NCBI GenBank assembly: GCA_051294375.1
Contig: CM119268.1
Span: 23,389,502 to 23,453,501 of the forward strand
Direction of reading: 5' to 3'
Length of the DNA: 64,000 nt
Origin: Paraspadella gotoi
Lineage: Eukaryota > Animalia > Chaetognatha
Shown: piece by piece, positions 24,613-38,303 of the stretch
Numbering within the stretch: the first letter of the stretch is position 1
How the letters are laid out: every line of letters begins with the position of its first letter
Program-made: the position numbers and the translations under genes
The notes under the pieces: generated by a model
Told to the model about the DNA's origin: nothing
Database searches by the model: none
Seen by the model: only the letters and a program-made list of their open reading frames with translations

Positions 24613-25963
24613 TTTTTAGTCGGATCTGACTATAAGCAGATCCCGACTCTATAATTCACTTTGTCGGTCCGTCGGTCCGCCCACTCAATATTGTCGGGCA
24701 ACCACATATATCATGTCAGAATATCAAATTATGATAAATTATGCAAAAAAAAGATGTCCGTCCGTCTGTCTGTCCGTCTGTCTGACCATCTGTCTGTTCG
24801 TCTGTCTGTCTGTCGTCTGTCTGTCCGTCCATTCGTCCTACCTTAACAAATAACTCCAATTACTCGTGATTGGATGGATAGATTGGAATGAAATTTTTTG
24901 TGTGGGTAGGAAAGTGTGTGATTGAGCTAGACATGAAGTTTCGATAGAATCGTGCTAGTGGAAAAGAGTTAAAATGAAAAAAACAAAAAAATATATTTCA
25001 CTATTTGAACGCCAATTACTCATGAGTGGATGGGACGATTAACTTGAAATTTTGTATGTGAGTAGAAAAGTGTGTGATTAAGCTGGAAATGAAGTTTCGA
25101 TGGAATCGTTCACGTGGAAATGAGTTTAAATGGAAAAAATAAAAAAACTGTTTCACTAATTGATTATGCTTCTTTTTATTTTTATATTAAATGTAAATAC
25201 AAGATGTAATAATTAATAAAATAATTAATCAGTTAATTAATCATTTAGTTAATTAAATAATCAATTAATTAATTAATCAATAATGAATTAATCAGTCAAT
25301 TAATCAATCAATTAATTATTAAATCAATAAATTATTTATATATTAATTAATTATTCAATCAATTAATTTATTTATCAATTAATTAATTATTAAATCAATC
25401 AATCAATCAAGTTAATTGTTATCGGCATTATTGTCGTCGTCTTCATCGTCGTCGTTGGTTTTGTTGTGGTTAGTGACGAAAAGACCTAAAAACAAACATT
25501 TACGATCAAATTAATTAATTGATTTATTTATTAATTACCGCTAATGATCGTGAGAATGGAAATGAGTTTACCAATTGACCAGTTGACCAAATAATGCCAG
25601 TTAACCAAATTACATCAGTTTATCATATTATTATACCAATTGACCAAATTATGCCTGTTGACCAAATTATGCCATATGACCAAATTATGTCAATTGACCA
25701 AATTATGCCATTTGATTTAATTATGCAAGTTGATTAAATTATGAAAGTTGACCAAATTATGCAAGTTGAGATTGGCACAGCTACTGTTAATGATTGATAG
25801 ATCAATTGATTTATAGATTTTTTCATAGATATATTAAGAAGTCTGTTATGATTTGTTAAAATCACAAATTGAGAGTCAGAAAAATTACCATGATTTATCA
25901 TCGGATTAGCTCATTACGCTTAATTATCGTAGGCAGATCCGACATTGTTTGCTCAAACTTGTT
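24613..25963 (+). mobile_element. HINE family A, full length, with a 20-bp tandem array (tgaccaaattatgcca..)
   Basis: Same termini as 21424-22461; GTCT/GTCC microsatellite. Confidence 0.85.
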
Positions 25964-26422
25964 ATTTTGACTCATTAATTTTTCTCCGTGCATTTTTGTA
26001 AATGTCAACAGTGATTCATTTTAATATTTGATGTATAAAATTTCAAATCAAATGAGCCCCTATTGCCTGTTCTTCCCCAAAAACACATTTATTACAGGGT
26101 AGTGAATCAAAACTTAGAATAAAATTCACCATTAGATTTCAATGGCAAAAAAATAATGAATTTTATTTTATAATACATCAAAATAATCACTGGTGTTTTT
26201 TTTTCTGATAAAGGTTTCCTTTTTTTTCATACTCGTACAATACTGTACGGTACCGAGAAGAATCCAACATTGGTTGAATTTGCTCTGCGCCGGATTTAAG
26301 CTTAAAACCACTACTAAAATATGTTAACATTCCCTTAGTAGTATGTTATATTATTAAAAGGCTATTAAGAATAGGAATAACTAGTATTCTAGGTCGGGAA
26401 ACCGTGCACTAAAGCCAGTCGA

Positions 26423-26601
26423 TTAAAGCCATTTGGCGACCAACTGGATCCGCGTAATTCGAAGATGCGGGATCGACGTCGAGGTCGCCAACTTCTTCTT
26501 GAAGGCCGTCTTGATGTCGAGAGCGTTGAGGGATGCTTCTTTAAGCTTCGTAAAAACAGTCTTGAACAAAGTCTTATTTTGTTCGGCGTTAAAAGGAGAA
26601 C
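26423..26601 (-). CDS. Candidate terminal exon of an unknown gene
   Basis: GC-richer island after a tgtaag acceptor; open frame SPFNAEQNKTLFKTVFTKLKEASLNALDIKTAFKKK..AKWL*. Confidence 0.35.
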
Positions 26602-27995
26602 CTTACAATTAACATAATGTAAAGCAAGAATTACAATTAAGTAATAACGATAAAATTTGATGGCTGAAGTTTAAAGTAAGAGAGAGAAAAATAGTGAATG
26701 ATTTTCACACAACAAGATAATACAAAGCAGATATTGCTGCTAAACTAGTAGAGGTAGTTAAACGTTGTATAAGGTTCTTTTGTTTGATATATATTTTATT
26801 ATATATGAGACGAGTTAAAATATAAGAGTTCTTTGTTCATGATTTAATATCAGCCAAAGTGGCGCTTGTGGCTGATGCCGTTACCCTCGCGTGACGAGGG
26901 TCCCGCGGATCGCATCCCACAACCATATATAAGGGTGCTGTAAGCAACAATTGTAGCATACCCAAACCAACAATATACGTGCAGGAAACACCTTTATATG
27001 CTGTAGGTACAATTGTAATCAATAAATTATACATATTTATGCTAATGTCTCATATTAATCCCTAATCATCAAATTGAATAAATTGTATCATTTAGTTACA
27101 ACAAAAAAACAACTCCACGATAGTAATAATAACAACTAGGACATCTAAGTTGGAACCGATTGATCTCAGGGGGGGACCCGTTTCAAATCGTCAAATGTTC
27201 ACAAATCGAGGAAGTTTGCTAGTTTTGAGATTAATTAATTTTGTTTCTCTTTAATTTTGCTGCTGTTTAGCCGAGATATAAATAAAATCATGGCAATAAA
27301 CTAGCTATGGACTTGTTAGATGATATAGCCATCGACCATCACCACAACACATCCAGGCTCACCCTATCTCCCTACCCAATAGAGTGGAGCACTTGAGAAC
27401 AAACATTTATTTTAGTCAATTAACAACAATTATTTATGCGAGATGGTATGATTATTGAATACAAAAAGTATTTTGTTAATATTGTTAGGGAACAGAGAAA
27501 GCAAAATACAATATATTTATAATATTATCCTTATCAAATAATAAATTTTCAAAATAATTTTTTAGAAATTTTTAAAACAAGTTAGACAAAAAAAATAAAA
27601 TAAGTTCTCATAAATTTTTTTTGTCTTCAGTTTCAAAATTAAAAAAAAGGGTCAAAATTCTCAACTTTTTAACTCTCTGTAGTAGAAACTATTATATGAT
27701 AAACCGTTTTTATCGTTTTTAGCAGCTTTAACATTAAAATTTCAAATAACATATTTTATAAATTTTTTATTATTTTTTCTCACGAACCCGAAAATGTTCT
27801 TAAAATAAAAAAAAAGTATTTTAAGATTTTATGATTTTCTAAGGATATTACTAGAAAGAAAATTCAATTGCTATACTGTTATGCTAAATATTTTTTTAAA
27901 ACGACATTGTTTTCTTTAATTACAATATACTATATTATTAATATTTGTTAACTCGCTTAATCTTTTCATCACTCCACCCTACTACCCAAACCTCA

Positions 27996-30965
27996 CCTGA
28001 GCCGATTAACAAATTCGTTCTCCGATCTCCACCATCGTCTTCTCTTTTTGATGGCGACATAAACGAAAGGCGTCAATGACTCCAAACCAAAAGCCTCGTC
28101 GTTGTTGTTGTTGTTGATGTCGAAGATTCGGCGCATTTCTCGGAAAAGTTCGCCGGTGTTGTTGTTGTTGTCGTAGGGAGTTGGAGGAGGACGACGACGA
28201 AATACTCGCGCTTTGGATTTCGTCATCTTCGCCGTCAAATCACCGGACGACGCGCATCTGCGTCGTTGAAGGTTGGGTAATTATGACTGTTGAAAAGGTC
28301 ATGTCTCGCTTTCTCATAATTCGAGCGTTTGGTCAAATATTTTAAGGTCAACTTTTTCTTGTGAAAACTCGCGAGGTACTTTTTAGTTTCGTTTAAATGA
28401 CCACAAGAAGAAACAACGCTCGCCCCGAAGAAACACATTTCCTACGAGCATTTTCGAAGTATTTTCACGTTTTAAATGTGTCTCATAATAAAAACTTTGA
28501 AACTCATACAATTTCGTTTTTCTTCTAAAACTCATCTTGGAATCTTTGGACGGGCGACATCTAGAACGTTTGATTTCGAGAGCGTAAAGAGGAAACTCTC
28601 TACAATGACATTAATAATAATAAAACACTTTTTGAAACAATAACAATTACAACGACGACAGTGATAAAAACAAGGTTTAAATACGACACTCCGTGAACAA
28701 TAACAATTACAACAACAACATTCACAAAAAACAAAGTTAATAGACAATAATTTTAAAACAAAAACAATCAACATCAACAATGACCGTGTAAAAACAAAGT
28801 TAATATACTGAAATTTTTAAGACAAAAACAATTACAGCAAGAACAGAGAAAAAAAAACACAATTTCTTACATCTTTTGGGGAACTATCGCGCCAAGCGGA
28901 GTCTGATGATGATTTCCTAATCCCCTTTGGCTTTTTACTCGGCTTTAGGAGTCGCACTTCCTCACGCTTCCATGACAGTTAAAAAAACCAAACTGAGCTG
29001 ATGTCTTTATTGTTTACTGAGCTATCGAGTCATTACTGGAGAGACAAAGTTTATCGATGGAATGAAAAAATAACTCGAAAGCAATAAAAACAACAACCAA
29101 ACCTTGGAAATTCTGGTCGCGCAAAAATAACTTTGGATTCTTCAGTTTTTTCTCGAATCCAAGGACGAAGATTTTTGATTCCAAAGACTGAAGTCTCCAC
29201 CAATTGAAGGAGGTGCTTCAGCGAAGATTCATCAGTCAACTGGGATTTAATCTGAGGTGAAAAAGGAAGTGTTTGAGCCAAGATTTGTCATTTAACATGG
29301 ATTTAATCTGAGGTTAGGAAGGAAGCGCTTGAGCAAATATTTGTCAGTCAACATGGATTTAATCTGAGGTGAAAAAGGAAGCGCTTAAGCGAAGATTCAT
29401 CAGTCAACTGGGATTTAATCTGAGGTGAAAAATGAAGTGTTTGAGCAAAGATTTGTCTGTCAACATGGATTTAATCTGAGGGGAAGAAGGAAGTGCTTGA
29501 GCCAAGATTCGTCAGTCAAATTGGATTTAATCTGAGGTGAAGAAGGAAAGGTTTGAGAAAAGATTTGTCAGTCAACATGGATTTAATCTGAGGTGAAGAG
29601 GCAAATATTCATCTGCTCACATTGATTTCCCACCAAAAAGAAGATCGCCCTTCAAATACTTCCCACCTTAAGGATGATCGACTTGACTTCCCACTCCAGC
29701 TTCTCCATGAAATCCTCGATGAGTTGAGCAAAGTTCGACACTTCATCTCGGAGGCGAGGATGGTAATCGGCTAAATTACTAAACAGGAAATCAATCAAAC
29801 AACCAATTAAAAATCAATGAGTCTCTCACTGAAGATAACCACAAAAGAATATGTGGTTCTTCTCATCTCTTTCTTGCATATGATTCCTCTTCAGCCTCAT
29901 CCGCAAAGTTTCAGGGCTGCATTTACAGCAACCAAAAAATTATTTATAATTTTAATCAATCAATCAATCAATCAATCAAGCAAGCAAGCAGTCAATTGAT
30001 ATCTTTCTTACTGATTCCAAATGTCATTCGCTTCCTCCACGACGTCTTCCAAATCGTCTCTCAAATCGATGATCATTCCCGATAATCGTTGAGACAATTC
30101 GGGAACTTGCANNNNNNNNNNNNNNNNNNNNNNNNNTGCACATCCATTCAAACCCTGCACGTGCATTGAATTGATGATTGGTTGATTCATCAAAAATAGA
30201 CTTGTATATCTTGCGGTCAATCGTTTATGGTGGGCGAGAGACGGACCCCGATCCGAAGAGTCTACCAGTGAGAATCACAAACAAATAAAAGTACAGATTC
30301 GACTTATGGATAAGCAGAGGGGGTTGAACAGGTAAACTTAAGGCCAAAAATATACATTCAGGCCTATTGAAATACAGAACTCATTGATGGTTACTCTGGG
30401 AATGAATAAGGACCTGCAACTTTGTTATCTTGTTATAAATGAATGAGACCTTAAACACCACAGCCTGACCAAATGTCTTATTTATTTAAATGAATTTTTT
30501 GATATTACTTTTATGAAATTGGGTACAACCAATATCAAAATTATACCATCATTTAATATATTAAGCATATCTTGCCCCTGACTTTGACAAGCTTTTGGTG
30601 GTTTGGGCCTCATACATATCATTATATTTAGTACAGACAGGGATCGAACTTCATCATTCAAACTTCTCTCCGGAATCTCTTAACCTTCCATCTCGTATCT
30701 CTGTCCTATACTACTCTTATATACTTTTAACCGATGAGCCAGAGAGACGGACAGGGCCCCCGCGTACGGAGATAAAGACAGATAAACCGACCCAATATTT
30801 CCGCAAAGGATAAATCAGCGCCATCTTTGGTTTCTCTAGATTTTTTCTTCATCCTCTCAAGACGTTGAGCGATTTCGCTGTAGGAGTCGACGGCCTGTTG
30901 GAAGGTTTGAGGGAGATTCGGGAGGGAAGACGTCGCCCGTGATGTGTCCCACTGAACATGTCTGA
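27996..30965 (-). CDS. Unidentified multi-exon gene X, copy A (some frameshifts)
   Basis: Exon-like islands with splice signals: DVFLPNLPQTFQQAVDSY.., VPELSQRLSGMIIDLRDDLEDVVEEANDIWN, PETLRMRLKRNHMQERDEKNHIFFCGYL, DYHPRLRDEVSNFAQLIEDFMEKLEWEVKSIILK|IKSQLTDESSLKHLLQLVE.., EFPLYALEIK.., EYFVVVLLQ..LTPFVYVAIKK. Confidence 0.6.
29235..29600. repeat. 7 x 56-bp minisatellite containing the intron/exon junction (also 35730-36100 and 40450-40830)
   Basis: gatttaatctgagg recurs at 29244, 29300, 29356, 29412, 29468, 29524 and 29580. Confidence 0.9.
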
Positions 30966-33900
30966 GGGGGAAGAAGAAAGTGGGTTTTTGGGCCTTATTT
31001 TCTCAAAACTCCCCCATATCATTAGGTGAGAGGTTAGACTTGGGGATGAGATTAATTTAGATTAAGGATTAAGATTAGGTCTATGTTAAGGGTTCAGGAT
31101 TAGTTTGTTGGGTTTAAATCGAGATTTTCATTCAACACCTGACTATCAAACCTTTGATAAATGTCCTTGGGGAAAAATGCATATGACGGGCACTGTATTT
31201 TTTTTCTCTTAGATAATTAACCAACTTTTTAGATAATAAAGGAGTTAAGGGAAAAGGATACTCTGCTCTGGAAAATTTTTAAAACCCTCATTTTTTCATA
31301 AAAATAAGAGGGGAATTTTTTACTTTTGGAAACTTTTAAACTGATTTTACTGTATGTTCCGTTTAGAAAAGACTTTTCTGATTTGTCTGAAGAGACACAA
31401 TTTTTCTTTTTTGTAATTATATTCCAATCATTTTGATAACAAATATCTGGGTAAAGGTGAGTTTTCAAACCGGAAATAATAGAAATATTCCCATTCATAA
31501 TCGAAGGGTTGGATTTTTGTCTGAAAGTTTTTTCTTTATATATTTCTATTATGCATGGTGTGATTTACATTGAACACTAATTAAGATTATTGCCTGTCCA
31601 ATTTACATCGGCCGGCTATAATCTGGTAAAAGCAATACCTATATCACGATAACCTCTGCTTTTTACCAGGAAAAATTCTAATAAAATCCTATGGGATGTT
31701 GAGCATAGATGAGTTTATATTTCTTTAAAGGGGCAAAAATAGAGAAGCTTGATTTATATTAAAACATGAGTTAGTTTATTTTAATATCAAAAAACTGAAG
31801 TAGTTTATTAATATCAAAAAATGAAGCTAGTTTATTTAAATATCAAAAATTGGATAGTGTGACCAAATACAGTTTTAAGTTGCGCCGCGAGTACTCGGGG
31901 AGCGACTCTATAAGTCACTTTTGGTCGGTCGGTCCGTCGTAACTATCTGTCCTGTCCAGTTCGTCCTCCACTCTACGTTTGGAAAAAACGCTTATAACTT
32001 CGACCTATAGTTGTTCTGCTCCATTTTGGTAAAAATCAAATCTAAGCGGCACTACCTGACGCCGCCTTTTGATTTTTAAAGACACCAAGGCATAAAACTA
32101 AAAATAGAGTACTGCGGCCATGCTGACCGAACACCCTATAGACTAACCCATATCCTGTAGACTTCCTAATAATATATTTTCTAAGGCTTATGGGTGAAAG
32201 GTGAAGGAACAGGGACTCGGAGTTGTTTTTTTTCTCAGTCCTACCCTGTTTCCTATCAACAGGTCCTCTCCCCCCCCCCGTCTCTTCTTCTCTCTCACCC
32301 CGTATCTCATCCTGCTTCGCAAAGAGCCTTGTCCCAACAACTTTGGTCGCTATTCCTTCGACGATCGTAGTGAATGATCCATCCCAGATACGTCTCCTCC
32401 GCCGTATGCTCGCGTCTCGCTTACGAAGCGTGTTTTTTTATCTGGATCGCGTACGCATCCGTAGTCGTGGCGTTCTCGAAGCGAAGTCCGACGACGACGT
32501 CGGGTGGCCGGGTGAGAGGAGAACGGAGGACGTTGGTTGAGAACATTCCCGGCCTGAATTGCACGGTTTTGAGAAAAGTGGAATGAAATTGTGGTATAAA
32601 CGATACTAACCTATTTCCATCCATTCATTCGATACTAAACGTATAATTCAGTAGTCGTATTCTCTCTGGGGGGGGGTTGTATAATCTGGTAAAAGAATAC
32701 CTATATCAGATAAACCTCTGTCTTTTTAAGAAAAATTTTAATCCTAGGGGATGTTGAGCAATAAATGAGTTTATATTTTTTAAAGGGAAAAAATGAGTAG
32801 TTTATTTAATATCAAAAAATGAATAGTTTATTTAATATCAAAAAATGAGTAGTTTATTTAATATCAAAAAATTGATACAGTGACAAATACGGTTTTTAAT
32901 TGCGCCGCGAATACTCGGGGAGCGACTCAAGAAGTCACTTTTTGGTCGGTCGGTTCCGTCGGTATATCTGTCTGTCGGTTCGTCCCACTTACGTTAAAAT
33001 CGCTTATAACTTGCCTATAGTTTGTTGCTCATTTGTTAANNNNNNNNNNNNNNNNNNNNNNNNNNNNNNNNNNNNNNNNNNNNNNNNNNNNNNNNNNNNN
33101 NNNNNNNNNNNNNNNNNNNNNNNNNNNNNNNNNNNNNNNNNNNNNNNNNNNNNNNNNNNNNNNNNNNNNNNNNNNNNNNNNNNNNNNNNNNNNNNNNNNN
33201 NNNNNNNNNNNNNNNNNNNNNNNNNNNNNNNNNNNNNNNNNNNNNNNNNNNAACACCTTAGAATAACCATTCCTTAGATTCCTAAATAATAGATTTTTTA
33301 AGGGATTATGAGTGAAAGGGAAGGAAAGGATCGNNNNNNNNNNNNNNNNNNNNNNNNNNNNNNNNNNNNNNNNNNNNNNNNNNNNNNNNNNNNNNNNNNN
33401 NNNNNNNNNNNNNNNNNNNNNNNNNNNNNNNNNGCTGTAAGCAACAATTGTAGCATACCCAAAACCAACAATATACGTGCAGGAAACACCTTTATATGCT
33501 GTAGGTACAATTGTAATCATAAATTATACATATTTATGCTAATGTCTCATATTAATCCCTAATCATCAAATTGAATAAATTGTATCATTTAGTTACAACA
33601 AAAACAACTCCACGATAGTAATAATAACAACTAGGACAATCTAAGTTGGAACCGATTGATCTCAGGGGGGGGACCCGTTTCAAATCGTCAAATGTTCACA
33701 AATCGAGGAAGTTTGCTAGTTTTGAGATTAATTAATTTTGTTTCTCTTAGAATTTTGCTGCTGTTTAGCCGAGATATAAATAAAATCATGGCAATAAACT
33801 AGCTATGGACTTGTTAGATGATATAGCCATCGACCATCACCACAACACATCCAGGCTCACCCTATCTCCCTACCCAATAGAGTGGAGCACTTGAGAACAA

Positions 33901-34493
33901 ACATTTTATTTTAGTCAATTAACAACAATTATTTTATGCGAGATGGTATGATTATTGAATACAAAAAGTATTTTGTTAATATTGTTAGGGAACAGAAAAG
34001 CGAAATACAATATATTTATAATATTATCCTTATCAAATAATAAATTTTCAAAATAATTTTTTAGAAATTTTTAAAACAAGTTAGACAAAAAAAATAAAAT
34101 AAGTTCTCATAATTTTTTTTGTCTTCAGTTTCAAAATTAAAAAAAAAAGGTCAAAATTCTCAACTTTTTAACTCTCTGTAGTAGAAACTATTATATGATA
34201 AACCGTTTTTATCGTTTTTAGCAGCTTTAACATTAAAATTTCAAATAACATATTTTATAAATTTTTTATTATTTTTTCTCACGAACCCGAAAATGTTCTT
34301 AAAATAAAAAAAAAGTATTTTAAGATTTTATGATTTTTCTAAGGATATTACTAGAAAGAAAATTCAATTTGCTATACTGTTATGCTAAATATTTTTTTAA
34401 AACGACATTGTTTTCTTTAATTACATATACTATATTATAATATTGTTAACTCGCTTAATCTTTTCATCACTCCACCCTACTACCCAAACCTCA

Positions 34494-37321
34494 CCTGAGC
34501 CGATTAACAAATTCGTTCTCCGATCTCCACCATCGTCTTCTCTTTTTGATGGCGACATAAACGAAAGGCGTCAATGACTCCAAACCAAAAGCCTCGTCGT
34601 TGTTGTTGTTGTTGATGTCGAAGATTCGGCGCATTTCTCGGAAAAGTTCGCCGGTGTTGTTGTTGTTGTCGTAGGGGAGTTGGAGGAGGACGACGACGAA
34701 ATACTCGGCTTTGGATTTCGTCATCTTCGCCGTCAAATCACCGGACGACGCGCATCTGCGTCGTTGAAGGTTGGGTTCAATTATGACTGTTGAAAAGGTC
34801 ATGTCTCGCTTTCTCATAATTCGAGCGTTTGGTCAAATATTTTAAGGTCAACTTTTTCTTGTGAAAACTCGCGAGGTACTTTTTAGTTTCGTTTAAATGA
34901 CCAAAGAAGAAACAACGCTCGCCCCGAAGAAACTCATTTCCTACCAGCATTTTGGAAGTATTTTCACGTTTTAAATGTGTCTTATAATAAAAACTTTGAA
35001 ACTCATACAATTTCGTTTTTCTTCTAAAACTCATGTTGGAATCTTTGGACGGGCGACATCTAGAACGTTTGATTTCGAGAGCGTAAAGAGGAAACTCTTT
35101 ACAATGACAGTAATAATAATAAAACACTTTTTGAAACAATAACAATTACAACGACGACAGTGATAAAAACAAGGTTTAAATACGACACTCCGTGAACAAT
35201 AACAATTACAACAACAACATTCACAAAAAACAAAGTTAATAGACAATAATTTTAAAACAAAAACAATCAACATCAACAATGACCGTGTAAAAACAAAGTT
35301 AATATACTGAAATTTTTAAAACAAAAACAATTACAGCAAGAACAGAGAAAAAAAACACAATTTCTTAACATCTTTTGGGGAATATCGCGCCAAGCGAGCT
35401 GATGACGATTTCCTAATCCCCTTTGGCTTTTAACTCGGCTTAAGGCGTCGCACTTCCTCACGCTTCCATGACAGTTAAAAAAACCAACGAGCTATGTCTT
35501 TATTGTTTACTGAGCTATCGAGTCATTACTGAGAGACAAAGTTTATCGATGGAATGAAAAAAATAACTCGAAAGCAATAAAAAACAACAAACCAAACCTT
35601 GGAAATTCTGGTCGCGCAAAAATAACTTTGGATTCTTCAGTTTTTTCTCGAATCCAAGGACGAAGATTTTTGATTCCAAAGACTGAAGTCTCCACCAATT
35701 GAAGGAGGTGCTTCAGCGAAGATTCATCAGTCAACTGGGATTTAATCTGAGGTGAAAAAGGAAGTGTTTGAGCCAAGATTTGTCATTTAACATGGATTTA
35801 AATCTGAGGTTTAGGAAGGAAGCGCTTGAGCAAATATTTGTCAGTCACATGGATTTAATCTGAGGTGAAAAAGGAAGCGCTTAAGCGAAGATTCATCAGT
35901 AACTGGGATTTAATCTGAGGTGAAAAATGAAGTGTTTGAGCAAAGATTTGTCGTCAACATGGATTTAATCTGAGGTGAAGAAGGAAAGTGCTTGAGCCAA
36001 GATTCGTCAGTCAAATTGGATTTAATCTGAGGTGAAAAAGGAATGTTGCTTGAGCCAAGATTTGTCAGTCAACATGGATTTAATCTGAGGTGAAGAGCAA
36101 ATATTCATCTGGCTCCACATTGATTTCCCACCAAAAGAGATCGCCCTTCAATACTTTCCCACCTTAAGGAATGACGACTTGACTTCCTCACTCCCAGCTT
36201 CTCGCATGAAATCCTCGATGAGTTGAGCAAAGTTCGACACTTCATCTCGGAGGCGAGGATGTAATCGGCTAAATTATAACAGGAAATCAATCAACAACCA
36301 ATTAAAATCAATGAGTCTCTCCTGAAGAATAACCAAAAAGAATATGTGGTTCTTCTCATCTCTGTTTTCTTGCATAATGATGTCCTCTTCAGCCTATCCG
36401 AAAAGTTTTCCAAGGGCTGCATTTACAGCAACCAAAAATTTAGAATTTTATCAATCAATCAATCAATTAAGCAACAAGCAGTCATTGATATCGTTTCTTA
36501 CTGATTGCCAAATGTCATTCGCTCTCTTCCACGTACGTCTTCCAATCGTCTCTCAAAATCGATGCATCATTCCCGATAATCGTTGAGACAATTCGGGAAC
36601 TTGCACTTCCTTCAACCCTGATTGATTGATTGATTGGTTGATTCATAAAATAGACTTGAATATCTTGCCGGTCAATCGTTATGGTTGGGTGAGAGACGGA
36701 CCCCCGATCCAAGAGTCTACCAGTGAGAATCACAAACAAATAAAAGTACAGATCGACTTATGGATAAGCAGAGGGTTGAACAGGTAAACTTAAGGGCCAA
36801 AAGTATACATCAGCCTATTGAAATATAGAAACTCATTGATGGGAATGAATAAGGACCTGCAACTTTGTTATCTTGTTAGAATGATTGAGACCTTAAACCA
36901 CCACAGCCTGACCAAAGTCTTATTTATTAAATGAATTTTTGTATTACTTTTTATGAAATTGGTACAACCAATATAAAAATTATCCATTCATTTGATAATT
37001 AAGCTATCTTGCCCCTGACTTTGGACAGGATATCGTGGTTTTGAGGCCTCCATCACATTATATTATTTTTATATACTTTATATACTTTAACCGATTGAGC
37101 CAGAGAGACGGATAGGGCCCCCGGTACAGAGAGTAAAGACAGATAAACGGACCCAATATTTCCGCCAAAGGATAAATCAGCGCCATCTTTGGTTTCTCTA
37201 TTTTTTCTTCATCCTCTTCAAGACGTTGAGCGATTTCGCTGTAGGAGTCGACGGCCTGTTGGAAGGTTTGAGGGAGATTCGGGAGGAAGACGTCGCCCGT
37301 GATGTCCACTTGAACATCGTC
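34494..37321 (-). CDS. Unidentified gene X, copy B
   Basis: Colinear with copy A; ORFs 37058-37339, 35543-35776 and 34491-34817 overlap its exons. Confidence 0.6.
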
Positions 37322-37696
37322 TGAGGGGGAAGAAGACATGTCGGTTTTTCGGCCTTATTTTCTCAAAACTCCCCATTTCATTAAGTTAGAGGTTAGAGTT
37401 GGGGATTAGATTAGAGTTTAGATTAAGGATTAAGATTAGGTCAGTGTTAAGGGGTTGATTTTGTAAGGATATTACTATACGAAAAATTCAATGCTATACT
37501 GTTATGCTTTAAGAAAAATTTTAAAGGATACTGTTTTCTTTAATTACATACGCAGAGGGCAGAAAAAAAAATATTATTAACTCGCGTTAATCTTTTCATC
37601 ACTCCACCCTACTGAATATACGTTTATTGAATGAATGGGATGAAATGTAATATCGTTTATACCAATTTTCGATTCCACCTTTTTCAAACCTCCAAT

Positions 37697-37959
37697 TCAG
37701 CCGGAATGTCTCACCAACGTCACCTTCTCCCTTCCTCCTCCACCCCTGGCACCGACCGTCGTCGGACTTTCGCCTTCGGCGCCGTCTGAAGATGGCGCTC
37801 CGACGCCAGAACCTCGAAGCGAGACGCAAGCATACGCGAAGGAGACGATCTGGGATGGATCTTCAACTCGATCGTCGAAGAATCGACAAAGTTGTTGGGA
37901 CACTCTTTGCGAAGCAGGATGATACGGGTGAGAGAGAAGAGACGGGGGGGGGAGAGGAC
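37697..37959 (-). CDS. Terminal exon Y (SOCS/BC-box-like start), inverted copy
   Basis: caacag acceptor then VLSPPRLFSLTRIILLRKEC..; same as 43334-43601. Confidence 0.5.
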
Positions 37960-38061
37960 CTGTTGAGGATAAAGGGTATGATGAGAAAAAAAACCACTCC
38001 GATCCTTTCCTTCCCTTTCACCCATAATCCCTTAAAAAATATATTATTTAGGAATCTAAGG

Positions 38062-38303
38062 AATGGTTATTCTAAGGTGTTGCGCCGCATTACTCTTTTT
38101 TTATTTATCTTTTCTTTAAAAACAAAAGGCGGCGTCAGTAGTCGCTTAGATTTGATTTTTAACAAATGAGCAACAACTATAGGCAAGTTATAAGCGTTTT
38201 TAACGTAAGTGGGACGAACTGACAGACAGATATACCGACGGACCGACCGACCAAAAAGTGACTTATAGAGTCGCTCCCGAGTACTCGCGGCGCGAACTAA
38301 AAA
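38062..38303 (-). mobile_element. Short HINE-like family B (subTIR GTTGCGCCGCA)
   Basis: 5' TTTTTAGTT(C)GCGCCGC..hairpin..ACTCTATAAGTCACTTT plus GGTC repeats; 3' TGCGGCGCAAC. Other copies near 31872, 32893, 42983-43230, 46745-47066(-) and 60957. Confidence 0.65.

Noticed and set aside
26880-26925. HDV-like ribozyme (CCCTCGC loop)
   Set aside because: No P1 or P1.1 partner in the required order on either strand.
29235-29600. CRISPR-like or 19-aa coding repeat
   Set aside because: No unique spacers and no cas genes in a eukaryotic context; the period is 56 bp, not 57, so it is not an in-frame peptide repeat.
27996-29770. Caspase-like resemblance of gene X (EKLEWEV, FVVVLL, PFVYV)
   Set aside because: No SHG or QACRG equivalents and the motif spacing is inconsistent; too weak without a profile search.
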